DNA of 62,883 nt, counting the filler, from Globobulimina sp. (Eukaryota), in NCBI GenBank assembly GCA_003354225.1. It is 51 parts of 51 records of this genome, joined end to end, with 100 filler letters (N's around TTAATTAATTAA, not from the genome) between each part and the next. Parts side by side here need not be neighbours in the genome. Positions count along the whole stretch, not along the records: positions 1 to 1,136 come from PIVH01022635.1; positions 1,237 to 2,372 come from PIVH01022636.1; positions 2,473 to 3,608 come from PIVH01022637.1; positions 3,709 to 4,844 come from PIVH01022638.1; positions 4,945 to 6,080 come from PIVH01022639.1; positions 6,181 to 7,316 come from PIVH01022640.1; positions 7,417 to 8,552 come from PIVH01022641.1; positions 8,653 to 9,788 come from PIVH01022642.1; 43 more parts are not named here. One strand, 5' to 3'. The notes beneath the pieces are model-generated. The model was not told the origin of the DNA. It was given only the letters and a program-made list of their open reading frames with translations, and searched no databases. The position numbers were made by a program, and so were the translations under genes. Below are positions 1 to 11,513 of the stretch, piece after piece (within the stretch, counting starts at the first letter, position 1; each line of letters starts with the position of its first letter).

Positions 1-269
1 CAAATAAAAGCTTTAGATATGTATTTTCGGTGAAAATTCAAAGAAATTAATGGAATTTTGTGAGCGGTCCATAAGACAACGCAGCTGGAGCCGCACCAAA
101 ATTTTGCGATCGGTGATTAGCGCGGCGAACGAAAGACAGAGACAGGACCAATAGCAGGTCGTATGCAAATTTCTGTTGCAGCGCTGAATGTGTCATTTCC
201 TGTGTTTAGCTATCTTCGACCATTCTGTGTTTTTCCATTGTTAATGAGCGGTCGACCAATCACTCAGCT

Positions 270-1136
270 ATGTTGTTGTTTCTTCGTTTCTTGTTGTTTT
301 TCCTTTCTATGACGGTTGTCTATTGCTATGTGACCAAGTGCTATGGTATCCGAGGTTACGCGACCAATCCAGGTCCTGATGTGACCAAGTACTGTCCTTA
401 TTCCCCGATGCTCCCCGAGATACCTTGCAGTGAGTATTGTATGAACATGTACCCTGACTGGTTAAACGATGAAACGGATTGGAGAGAATGGACTAGAAAC
501 CAAGAAGGTAATATGCGGTGCGATCGGTTAGACCTTTGTAAGAAGCACAATATTCACAACACATGCAAGAAAGTCAAGGAAAATGGAGATGATCACCAAT
601 TGCATGATTTCGCCATCTGTTGTTGCAATTTCAACTACTGCAATGAGATAAATTTCAATCCCCAAATGCCAACACTCTATACTGGGTCAAAACGATATTT
701 AGGACAAGTGCACGAATGTTTTGTCCAACCGAAGTTGAAGAAGACACATGTATGCGATGAGAATGGGCCATCAGACAGTTGTTTCAACGTGTATTTAGAT
801 GGTTTGCTCCAGCACAGTGGTTGTATAGGTAATCCTCGTTGGTGTGATGATGTACCTGATAAAGACTGTCTCCAGATAAAAGACATCTGTAACATTGATC
901 AAGACAAATGCCATGGATTGCAGCCATATATAAAGGAAAGTTGGATTTGCTGTTGCAGTTATGACAAATGTAATGGAGAAAAGTTTGACCACATTAATAA
1001 AGAAACACACGGATCGCCACCCATGCCACCAAAATGTAAATGGACTCCTGTGCCAGCACAAGTGGAACAACAGAAACCACCAGAACCCCCTGTGCCAATA
1101 AAAGAGGAAACAGAGAAACCACCAGAACCCCCTGTT
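270..1136 (+). CDS. Secreted cysteine-rich protein with two Ly6/uPAR/three-finger-like modules and a Pro-rich tail (3' truncated)
   Basis: Hydrophobic signal peptide; two CCC-x4-CN motifs (CCCNFNYCN, CCCSYDKCN); duplicated KPPEPPV. Confidence 0.65.
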
Positions 1137-1236
1137 NNNNNNNNNNNNNNNNNNNNNNNNNNNNNNNNNNNNNNNNNNNNTTAATTAATTAANNNNNNNN
1201 NNNNNNNNNNNNNNNNNNNNNNNNNNNNNNNNNNNN
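1137..1236. other. Artificial contig spacer (first of 50 identical N44-TTAATTAATTAA-N44 linkers, period about 1235 nt)
   Basis: Identical 100-nt linker with a six-frame stop cassette recurs throughout; contig lengths fall monotonically from 1136 to 1134 bp. Confidence 0.99.
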
Positions 1237-1258
1237 CAATGAAATTTCTAGAAATTAG

Positions 1259-2000
1259 TTACATGACAGGTCTATCAAACAAAGATCTATTGTCAACAAT
1301 GGGGATAACACTATATTGTGTAGACACAATGCAATATTGCATTCTCCAATCTTTGTCTTGTTTTAACATTTCAACATCCACTCTCCCACTACCTTTACCT
1401 CCCTGTATCTCATAAATAATTTGTAATCGTTCATTGCCCGAATCATCCATAAAAGTAACATTCTGTTTCACTTGTTTTGCAATAATATCGTTTCCTAAAA
1501 TCCTTAAAATTCGCGAGTCTTCGCGAATTAAATCAAATGTTTCATTCCTTATCTTATCCGATCCCGAGGATGAAAATACTGATTTGAATACCAAATATAT
1601 TGTATATGGTAAGCAAACTAGTAATATTCCGACAATATAAACAACACTAAATGTTTCCTGTGTTTTCTCTTTGATCACAACAAAAGTACTCAATTGTCCT
1701 TCTGCAGAGGGAGTATGCTGAATATCTGCGGTTGCATTGGCATCGCCTTGTGGCGGATCACTGGCTTTTGGTGTCGCTAATGGTGACTTGCCACTTTTCT
1801 TTGATGATTTGCCACTTGGTTTTTTCGAAAATTGACGGTAAATTCCGTAATACAAATTATTATAATTACAGTTATTATCACTAGTTGCTGTCATTAATCG
1901 ATTGGATCTCAAAAACAATGATGAATGCATATCATGACAGCTACCATTTACATTCCAAAGAGATGTTGTTTTTCTGTTCAACAGAATGGATCTTGGTTTT
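1259..2000 (-). CDS. TIM21: Mitochondrial inner-membrane translocase subunit Tim21 (5' end replaced by chimeric bacterial DNA)
   Basis: Basic/Ser-rich presequence, one TM helix (VVYIVGILLVCLPYTIYLVF), then IMS domain with IIYEIQGGKGSGRVDVEM...IVDNR. Confidence 0.8.
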
Positions 2001-2372
2001 TTTAACAATTGAAACCTTAGATAGATTTTTACCCGAAGCTTCCCAGGCTTTATTTGGGTGTGCAAGTATGCGCCCCTTTTTATCAACTATCGCCGCGTGG
2101 CCCTTTTCTCCAAAACTCATAAGTGATTGAATTTCCTTAATATAGTTTCGGTTTAGTGCCGCTAACCAGAGCTGTTGTTGTTCATCTTTTAGGTAAATGA
2201 AGAGGCTAGGTTCGGGTAAAAAACCTTGTTTTAAGTCGGAAAAGTAAACGGTGTTTATGTCGAGGGATTGATTGTCTATTTTTAAACTAAAAAGAGAATT
2301 CGGAGTGTAGATTACATTACCAAAATAGGTGATTTCGCGTCGACCGTTTTGATTGTATTTTCCTAATGTGTG
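2001..2372 (-). CDS. Bacterial Cache-domain sensor fragment (not in ORF track)
   Basis: Open frame from 2372 reads ...NYIKEIQSLMSFGEKGHAAIVDKKGRILAHPNKAWEASGKNLSKVSIVKK, matching the G-x-A-x-IVD-x-x-G-x-x-L/I-AHP dCache signature. Confidence 0.75.
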
Positions 2373-2598
2373 NNNNNNNNNNNNNNNNNNNNNNNNNNNN
2401 NNNNNNNNNNNNNNNNTTAATTAATTAANNNNNNNNNNNNNNNNNNNNNNNNNNNNNNNNNNNNNNNNNNNNTTTTATCCTTGCACTCACACTCAGGAAT
2501 AATCAGAATAATAAATGCGGTGATTTACAAATGATTTGCTTTAAAACTGACCACAACAAAACTCAAATTCATTAGCATTTCTTGCTCTATATTTTATA

Positions 2599-3608
2599 TT
2601 GTCATATCTGTTCTTATTGCATTGCATCATCACATCGTTTCAAATCACACATTGTCATTTCATCACTCACTATTTTCTTGTTGCAATTGTCACAAAACAG
2701 TCATCGATTTCAAATACGAAACCAATAATAAAACCACGCAAACCTTCATCCAAATTACTCAAATTAGCATTATCCAAACAAACACCGAAACATATACAAG
2801 CTTCAAAACCATCGAAACCCGCAATAATCTCAAATACGCTCATGCACAAAAGTAATAAAATCATTCAATCCTTGCACTCATCATCAACATTTCCTGATTT
2901 TCCTCGCGCTCAAACTCAAACAGACAAAATCGACAAAGCCACCATCAAAAAACTTTCCACTGTAACGATTCAAGAACAACAGTCTGCAAATGCATCATGT
3001 ATCTCTTCCTCCTCTTCGTCTTCATCCACATCCACATCCACCTCGAGTTCATCACACAAAAAATCATCATCCAACGCCGGCTATCGAGACAAAGACAAAG
3101 TCCGTGACCGCGATAGAACCCGCGATCGCGAGAAACACCGACATCGTCATCGTCATAAATCACGTTCCCGCAGTCGTTCCCGTTCCCGTTCCCGTTCCCG
3201 AGACAGAGACAAACACCGTGACCGCGATCGTCATCATAGAAGAGGCTCACGCCATGGACATACTTATCGCTCTCGTAGTACCTCCAAATCGCGCGATAGA
3301 CCTTCCACCCATTCCTCTGCACACAGATCCTCGCAACAATTGGATAAATGGGGCTTACCGCTGCCAGTCCATGACCCACAATATGTAAACGCAATGTGTG
3401 CCTATCAAGACTCACAACGTCAGATCATGCATGACACCGACATCGGCATCGATGATATGGAGAAAATACCGGTTGTATACGGTGACAGTGAGATCTGCCA
3501 TGGTTTCAATGAAGGTCGCTGTCGTTTGGATCCATGCAAATATCAACATGTATGTTGGTCATGCAAAGGGCGTGGCCATCCCTCCAGTTTGTGTCCGTAT
3601 AAACCCAC
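2599..3608 (+). CDS. Ser-rich/RS-repeat protein ending in a tandem CCCH + CCHC zinc finger (RNA-binding protein or DIRS/Ngaro-like Gag); truncated
   Basis: RSRSRS/RDRD tract; CHGFNEGRCRLDPCKYQHVCWSCKGRGHPSSLC. Confidence 0.55.
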
Positions 3609-3708
3609 NNNNNNNNNNNNNNNNNNNNNNNNNNNNNNNNNNNNNNNNNNNNTTAATTAATTAANNNNNNNNNNNNNNNNNNNNNNNNNNNNNNNNNNNN
3701 NNNNNNNN

Positions 3709-4677
3709 AGATATTATCAAGAAACTGGCAGAGCGGGAAGAAAGAATCTCAATCACACAAATATTATTAATTATTGTTATTGTTATTATGATGAACATTC
3801 ACTTTGGACTAATGATCTTTTATTAGCACGATCATTATTTGATGGTCATAAAGAAACGGCAGATGTGGATCTACATCAACATATTAACGACAATTTGCTG
3901 AAATTTTATCAAATGTTACAATATTTAGTCAAAGATAAGAATTATTCAGTTTTAACAGTACGGATTGTTTCCGAATTTCTGTGCGATAATTTTGAATATA
4001 TATTTGGTTATAATCCGGAGAATTATTGGAAAAACGGCAAACAGAAACAGATTTTGTATGATTACAACAATGTATTGGTAGATAGTAAATATTATATTGC
4101 TATTTTGAAACAATTGGATTACTTAAAAGCGACACCGGGGGAATATTTTGATGTTTATATTCCTGGTAATTTAGGTGATATTTTTCACGATGGAAATAGT
4201 TATGAAGTGTTGGAATGGTTTGTTAATTATTTATTGAATCATCACAAACTCGGAGTAAATCAATGGAATGATGTGTATGTTTCCGATATCCAATCAAAAT
4301 GGGATGAATATATAAGTTCCAATGAGATGAAAATTGATGATTCAAAGGATCCCAATGATAATATTATGAGTTTAAAGAGAATTGAAAGTTTATTGGAAAC
4401 GATTAAAATAAAATATGCTAAATTGTTTGAAATGGATGAAATAACATGCTTTAGTTTTGAGAAAGACGTAAAAGATATTGGATTTGAATTAGAAGACGTT
4501 GATAATAAGGATTTTGAAATAAAAAATATTAAACAGCTGATAGAATGGGATGAAGATATTAAGAGACAAAGAAAAAATTGGGAATATTTACATAATTGGC
4601 TGTCGGAAAATGGTAAACAGGTTATTTATAATGACGATATTGCTGACTTGTTTCAAATCTATTTCAGTGATCGGTAA
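3709..4677 (+). CDS. RecQ-family helicase, C-terminal part (5' truncated)
   Basis: Frame open from the contig start: RYYQETGRAGRK (RecQ motif VI), in frame with track ORF 3865..4677. Confidence 0.7.
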   Translation, partial: RYYQETGRAGRKNLNHTNIINYCYCYYDEHSLWTNDLLLARSLFDGHKETADVDLHQHINDNLLKFYQMLQYLVKDKNYSVLTVRIVSEFLCDNFEYIFGYNPENYWKNGKQKQILYDYNNVLVDSKYYIAILKQLDYLKATPGEYFDVYIPGNLGDIFHDGNSYEVLEWFVNYLLNHHKLGVNQWNDVYVSDIQSKWDEYISSNEMKIDDSKDPNDNIMSLKRIESLLETIKIKYAKLFEMDEITCFSFEKDVKDIGFELEDVDNKDFEIKNIKQLIEWDEDIKRQRKNWEYLHNWLSENGKQVIYNDDIADLFQIYFSDR

Positions 4678-5110
4678 TTAGTCAGTTATAGAATTGAAGA
4701 ATACAAAATTACCAAAGATTTTGTGCTTATCAGGCGTGTGGGTGTAATAAAATAAATGTTAAATCATTGTCTAAATATATGAAAAAAATTGACCAAAACA
4801 AAGAATGTGACTGCCCCAAAAAAACTACCAACTTGCACAGCCCTNNNNNNNNNNNNNNNNNNNNNNNNNNNNNNNNNNNNNNNNNNNNTTAATTAATTAA
4901 NNNNNNNNNNNNNNNNNNNNNNNNNNNNNNNNNNNNNNNNNNNNGGATTTCGACAGCAATCCTCCACTAATAGGTGTCTACTCTTCAACTTCAATAGAAT
5001 CTGTTGCTTCAGAACATAAGAATGTTGTAGTGGGTATGACATATTTTGTATATCTTGAGACTTTAGTAAAACGGGTTTATGTACAAGACCCTTACCCTAC
5101 GCAATTGTAC

Positions 5111-5374
5111 GAGTGAAATTTACTGTATGAGAGCGGAATCTTGCCGAAGGCCAGAACAGAAATTTTGCGAAAATCGCAGTTCTAGGAGTCAAATTTACTG
5201 TATGAGAGCGCAATCTGGTCGAAGGCCAGAAATTTTGCGAAAATTTCAGTTTTGAGGCACAAAAACTCAGATTTCGGACTAAATACCCCTGACTCGGATC
5301 GAAATCCCCAACATTCCCCTGACAACATTTTTATCCCCTGACCCCTGACATCCCCCTGACCGGTATGAACCCTG
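5111..5374. repeat. MITE-like segment: about 70-bp imperfect direct repeat x2 plus five CCCCTGAC subrepeats, ending in a CAGGGTT-type terminus on the minus strand
   Basis: AAATTTACTGTATGAGAGCG...GAAGGCCAGA...AATTTTGCGAAAAT at about 5111-5181 and 5186-5251. Confidence 0.5.
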
Positions 5375-6182
5375 GTACAGTAATACAACAACAGTACCTC
5401 TAGACGGTCTAGATCAGCATGGCTCATATTCCGCATTCTAGGCAGTCCAATGATAGGGGTAGGTATCTCTCCCTCATCCATTTTCTTCAGAGCCCTTCTG
5501 ATAGCTTGTCGCTTTGTTTTGACCCAAAGAGCCATAACCATCTAAAACTGGTAATATACAGTTATGCATACAGAGGGTTGAGCAAAAAATGTCACATCAA
5601 CTCGACATCTAAAACCTAAACACTGTTTTATCATCATTTATGTCTCATTCGATTAGGGTATTTTCGATACGATATTTTCGTAATTTACAAATTCGTAATC
5701 AATTCGTAATTGATTGAGTAAATTGAAACCATACATACACGACCAGTACACATGGAATGGATGAAGTAGCGCAGTACAAACAAATTGAATGGAAACAGCG
5801 TCAACACACATGAAACCATTAATTTCTATTAGTGTTTTAGTTTGTCATATTTTAGAGTTCCAAGTGGCGACCGTCCGTACATAAGTTTTTTTCGCAAAAT
5901 CTTTCTCAAACTCCATACAAGTGCTGGCTATACATAAACCAAAATAATAGACAATTGAACTACGTCCATTTTATCTGCTCATCGTTTTTGTAACCAAGTT
6001 CAGATTTCAAACTTATATAGCTATCATTAAAGTTTTGATTAATCGATTATCGATTGATTGGGTCGGTGATCAAAACGGATNNNNNNNNNNNNNNNNNNNN
6101 NNNNNNNNNNNNNNNNNNNNNNNNTTAATTAATTAANNNNNNNNNNNNNNNNNNNNNNNNNNNNNNNNNNNNNNNNNNNNCA

Positions 6183-6940
6183 ATTCCTTTGATTGAGGCA
6201 GTTGGAGTTGACTGTAAATCCATTACTTCATCAAAAGCCAGCGTCCATTTTACTGCAATGTTATCAGAAAAGGATCGAATTTTAAATATTAATCGAAAAG
6301 TTGCAATTGGCTCAACATTTAATATATTTATCAAATTAGAAGCTTATAATTCCAATATTGATATTGACGAAAAAGAAGAAAAAAATGTGGAATATGCAAT
6401 ATTGAAATTTGATCAAAATAAAAAGAAATATCAGTTTGATTTGCAGTCATTGGCTAAAAATACAAATTATACAATGTCTCTCAATTTGTATCAATCACAC
6501 AACAAAACAATGAGCAAAGTGAGCCAATATAAAGCAAAAACTGTTCAATTTAAGACATTGTCGCATGATATAATTGATTTTGATGGTAATGGTATATGTT
6601 ATGGTCTTGGCTCAAATTATGGGAAAACAGAATGGTCAAATCAAAATTAAAGATTAAACCATCGCATTATACATTGAAACATGATGGCAGTTATTCTCAT
6701 TATCTCAAGACATGGAATTTTGAAGGAAGCAATGATGAGAATAATTGGAAAGTGTTGAAAAAACATGAAAATGATAGAAATTTAAATAAAGCATTCGCAA
6801 CGCATACGTGGACAATTGATACTGATGAATATTTTCAAATGTTTAGGATATATATGGTTGGGGAAAATTCCTATGGCTATTGGAATTTAATGTGTTCTGG
6901 ATTTGAAATATATGGACATTTACTTGCTAATAATCGTTAA
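6183..6940 (+). pseudogene. FN3-like plus HECTD1-type galactose-binding/discoidin-like domain gene, broken by an internal deletion/frameshift at about 6645
   Basis: DFDGNGICYGLGSNYGKTEWSN, then other frame KIKPSHYTLKH...WNFEGSND...WKVLKKH...CSGFEIYG; the segment normally between them appears absent. Confidence 0.6.
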
Positions 6941-7433
6941 ATATATGACATTATCCTTGCACATTCTTATGTTTTTGTATACATATTATTGTTTGTAAAA
7001 AAAATTCATATCTGATTTGAGAAAACTACTGAAACATGGTGACGTTAGACTTGTCACGTTACATTTTTCATGCCACAGAACATTTGTCTCGTCACAAAAT
7101 ATGGGTTTTGTCACGTAGCATACGGAGGAGACATCACCTTCAACAAATGATTTAGAACTGAACGATAACCCCAGGTCCCCTACCCTTTTGTATACCGAAA
7201 ATTCAATTATAAATTTGTTCTGACTTTGTTCTGGGTTTGCAAACCCAAGACAAAGTTATAACAAACCCAGAACAAACCAAAGACAAACCTATAGCAAACC
7301 GTTTCTAGACCTGCAANNNNNNNNNNNNNNNNNNNNNNNNNNNNNNNNNNNNNNNNNNNNTTAATTAATTAANNNNNNNNNNNNNNNNNNNNNNNNNNNN
7401 NNNNNNNNNNNNNNNNAGACATTAGCACCGGCA

Positions 7434-8552
7434 ATGATAAATAAGCGGCCATCCCGTTCGTACATACAAGGCACCACAGAAAAAGATGCAGCAACAAAAG
7501 AATTAATTTCGTCAGCAATTGAGAATAATGTATTATTTGCAGCGTTGGACGAAGATCAAATCGATAGAATTGTGGAAGAAATGTGGTGCCGTTTTGTAAA
7601 CAAAGGCGAGAATATTATCAAACAAGGCGAGCAGGGCGATAATTTTTATGTGGTTGAGAATGGAGAATTTAATATTTATGTCACTAGAAATGGCAATGAC
7701 AATGAAGAGAAATTAGTAGCAACTCGAGGTAGTGGCGAATCATTTGGTGAATTGGCATTAATGTATAACAGTCCAAGGAGTGCGACTGTTCGAGCTGTCA
7801 CTGATTGCAAAGTGTGGGCGGTCCAACGATATATGTTTAGAAAGATATTAATACGTGTTTCTGAAGACAAATTAAAAGAATATCAACGTTTTTTGAAACA
7901 TGTACCGTTGCTAGGTATGCATATTAATATTAATATTTAATAATAGATTAATTTAATCTGTTTTTAATGGAATCTATGTACTTTAAAGTTGTTTTGTTTT
8001 GATTTGATTTAATTTGTAGATTCATTATTAGTCAACGAACGAAGAGCAGTCGCAGAAGCATTAAATGAGGTGATCTACAACGAGGGGGATATGATAATCG
8101 AGCAAGGTGATATCGGACAAACTTTTTACATAATAAAAAAAGGAGAGGCAGTTGTATATAAATCAGTACCTCCCACTGCTCCCGCTACAAAAGTGGCGAC
8201 ACTGAAAAAAGGTTCATTTTTTGGCGAGCGAGCATTGATTAAAAATGAATGTCGCGCCGCTACAGTTCAAGTGATAAGCAATAAGATGACCTGTTTAACC
8301 TTAGACCGCGAGGCATTTTGTTTGTTATTAGGGCCATTGGCAGAGGTAATGCATAGGACAATAGACGAAGATTATGACGGCACCAAACTCCGAATATTAT
8401 CTGAAAACTCATTAATAAATGACTATAAACATTATTATAACCATAAATCTGAAACAAAAGATAACGAACAAACGAATAATAAGAATAAACGGATAGCCTT
8501 CGATGATTTATCCATAATTGGTATTTTAGGCCGTGGCTCCTTTGGCAGTGTC
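7434..8552 (+). CDS. cGMP-dependent protein kinase-like (two cNMP-binding domains plus start of kinase domain); intron 7915-8019; truncated
   Basis: FGELALMYNSPRSATV and FGERALIKNECRAATV; LGRGSFGSV Gly-loop; GTATGC...TGTAG intron joins the two ORFs in frame (PLL-D-SLLVNERR). Confidence 0.88.
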
Positions 8553-8655
8553 NNNNNNNNNNNNNNNNNNNNNNNNNNNNNNNNNNNNNNNNNNNNTTAA
8601 TTAATTAANNNNNNNNNNNNNNNNNNNNNNNNNNNNNNNNNNNNNNNNNNNNTTA

Positions 8656-9768
8656 TCAATAATTATGTCCACATTGCGAACAAATTTCATCATCATCATT
8701 TTCGCCTTTATTATGACACGCACTAGGACAATTGCGTAACATATCAATATTTTGATCATATATATCTTCATTAGTTGTTGGAATAGTTTTGGTTGCAGAA
8801 TCAAATTGTTTTATATCCTCCTCCTCATCATCAATATCCTCATTTATATGGAACAACATGTCAAAATCCTCATCATCATCAAATTCTTTCATATCAGTCA
8901 TATCAATATCATCTTCTTGTTTTATATCAACATCATTGTTATAATTAATATTTCTTGGTATCGATTCATCAATTATTTTTTGCAATTTTTGTATAATTTG
9001 AGATGTAGTTGTATTCATAGTTTGTATATTTAACCGTTTTGAATAATATCGTAATTGTGCGAGTTTTAAATTATTAATGTTAAACTTTTGCAATTCTTTT
9101 ATTAATTTCATACGATGACGTTTAAGTAAATATCCATCATTTGCGTTTAATAATTCTTTTCCTTCTGTATGTGCAGTTTTCAAACCCATTACGAGCTGTG
9201 GTTTGGTAGCTTTTGGGTCGTTGGATATGATTAAATCTAAGTCAATCGCAAACTTTTTAAGTTCTTTTTTAGTTAATGCTGATAATTGTGTCATTCCTAA
9301 ATTTAATTTGATAGTATGCACAAAGTCTTTCCTATATTCTTGTAACCCATTGGGTATCCATCTTCCGGATTCATCATAGTTATTAAAAAACATCCGTAAA
9401 TAAGGATGCCATTTTAATTTTTTTAAATATTCTTTGTCTTTTGGTGATAAAGGAAGTACTCGAAGCTGATCATGCTCATGTACACGACTACAACCAACAT
9501 ATACACTAGGTAATGTCACAGGCGCAATTTTTTTAGAGACACTTGTTGTTGAATTGAGTGATAAAATTATTGAATCAAGTGTCTTACCTTGCATTTTATG
9601 ATATGTGACAGAAGCTGATAATTCAGATTCGTGTGCTAAATATGTTCTGTCGTTTTTATTCTGATCTTGAAATGTAATTCGCGTGGGTTTAATAGCGACA
9701 AATTTAGGTTTTTTATCTTCCTGATCAATTTGAATGATTATATAATCTGGTTGATCCACTTGTGTCAC
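8656..9768 (-). CDS. PIF1/RecD-like SF1B helicase C-terminus (possible Helitron or viral), with acidic tail and C-terminal Cys cluster
   Basis: ASVTYHKMQGKTLDSIIL (motif V) and SVYVGCSRV (motif VI). Confidence 0.7.
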   Translation of the reverse strand: MTQVDQPDYIIIQIDQEDKKPKFVAIKPTRITFQDQNKNDRTYLAHESELSASVTYHKMQGKTLDSIILSLNSTTSVSKKIAPVTLPSVYVGCSRVHEHDQLRVLPLSPKDKEYLKKLKWHPYLRMFFNNYDESGRWIPNGLQEYRKDFVHTIKLNLGMTQLSALTKKELKKFAIDLDLIISNDPKATKPQLVMGLKTAHTEGKELLNANDGYLLKRHRMKLIKELQKFNINNLKLAQLRYYSKRLNIQTMNTTTSQIIQKLQKIIDESIPRNINYNNDVDIKQEDDIDMTDMKEFDDDEDFDMLFHINEDIDDEEEDIKQFDSATKTIPTTNEDIYDQNIDMLRNCPSACHNKGENDDDEICSQCGHNY

Positions 9769-9888
9769 TTGTCACATTGGTAGTGCAANNNNNNNNNNNN
9801 NNNNNNNNNNNNNNNNNNNNNNNNNNNNNNNNTTAATTAATTAANNNNNNNNNNNNNNNNNNNNNNNNNNNNNNNNNNNNNNNNNNNN

Positions 9889-10414
9889 TCGTCTCTGCGC
9901 CATATCATATCTTGTAGCGGAATAAACTTTATTTGATGTGAATTGTGAAGATTTAATGTTTGTGTTTTGCTGATGTTATTCATACGAGTTTGAATTAATT
10001 TTGGTTCAATGTTTTCTGGCGATTCGCCTTCGAGACCCATTAAAACGGCGTAATCTGTGCCATGACCCATTCCTGTTAAAGCAAGAGAGCCATATAATTC
10101 ACATTTCATTCTGCAAACATTTGATAATATTTGTTTATTATGCAGTAAATCTACAAATTTTTTTGATGCACGCATTGGACCGACTGTGTGCGAAGATGAT
10201 GGACCGATACCAATCGAAAACTTGATGCATAAATATGATATTGATATATTAATAATATTGTTGACAAAAGATTTGTTGTTTATACCATATCAAAAGTGGA
10301 TATGACTGCATGAGGCACTACAGCATTACGTATAAAAGTGCGTCGACATTTGATTGCGAGAAAGGATACAGTTCTATGTTTGATGTGGCGTTGAAACAAG
10401 TGCTTCAGAAGCAT
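9889..10414 (-). CDS. sdaA: Fe-S-dependent L-serine dehydratase (SdaA type) with mitochondrial-type presequence; intron 10221-10285; 3' truncated
   Basis: Spliced: MLLKHLFQRHIKHRTVSFLAIKCRRTFIRNAVVPHAVISTFDM/FSIGIGPSSSHTVGPMRA...LYGSLALTGMGHGTDYAVLMGLEG. Confidence 0.9.
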
Positions 10415-11513
10415 GGTACTTACTTGAGTATTAATACACAATGCAGATTTGTATTTTGTATACAAGCGTTTCCTAAAGGTAAAAATCTATTTTCTAAGGG
10501 AAAAAACTGTTTTTTTCTGTTTAAAAACAGATTTTTACGATAAAGCGAAAATGCCTATTATTATCACATATCTAATTTAAATTACGTTTCGAAGAGCATC
10601 CGTTTAGCAGCGTCAGATTTTGATAGAAACACCAATTTCAGAAAAGGATTTGAAACTATTTAGAAACGCCGTTTAAACTTATTAGAGATTAGGATACACA
10701 ATTAAACCTACAGTAGAATAGCAACGCATGCAACGTAAGAAAAACGTACCCATTCTACTGTACTCAAAAAGGACGTACACTCAAACAAAAAAAAGAATAT
10801 ATGTAGTATTTATTTAGACAGTAATCTTTATATTTGGTGTTGAATTGGATAATCTTGATTTACTATTTGCTTTTTTTGATATACGGATTGGCAAAGAAAT
10901 ATTATGAAATTGCCGTTCAAGTGGTTTGTTTTTATAGTTATTACGTTTCCGTAAATCATTTACTTTTTTTTCAGAATTAAATTGTAACTCTAATCTTTTA
11001 AAATATGTTTTAGATTTCTGTTTTNNNNNNNNNNNNNNNNNNNNNNNNNNNNNNNNNNNNNNNNNNNNTTAATTAATTAANNNNNNNNNNNNNNNNNNNN
11101 NNNNNNNNNNNNNNNNNNNNNNNNGATGGATCAGCTCATTCTTTTCACGCAAAGCTGAGATGGGGATGAAAAATCTACGGACACTTGCCATTTTATTATA
11201 TGTTGAACTTGAAATGTTGATTGGCTGTAAAACAATATTTAGGGGTTAATCTTAAGAGATGGAAAGAAATGTTGCTTTGATGAAAATCTGGAAATGTTAT
11301 ATTATAAAAAACATAAGCTGACTGTCAATAAGTATTATTACCTCCACTATGCATCTAATTTTGTTGGTGATTAAATTTTTTTGATATATACATCAAACTT
11401 CATTTTTGTAACTAATAATTATAAAAAAAAACACACACACACAAGTATAGTACAAAATGTCCCAAAAAGAAAAACTGAATATTAACTAATTAATTGGTAT
11501 TATGTATGATTTT

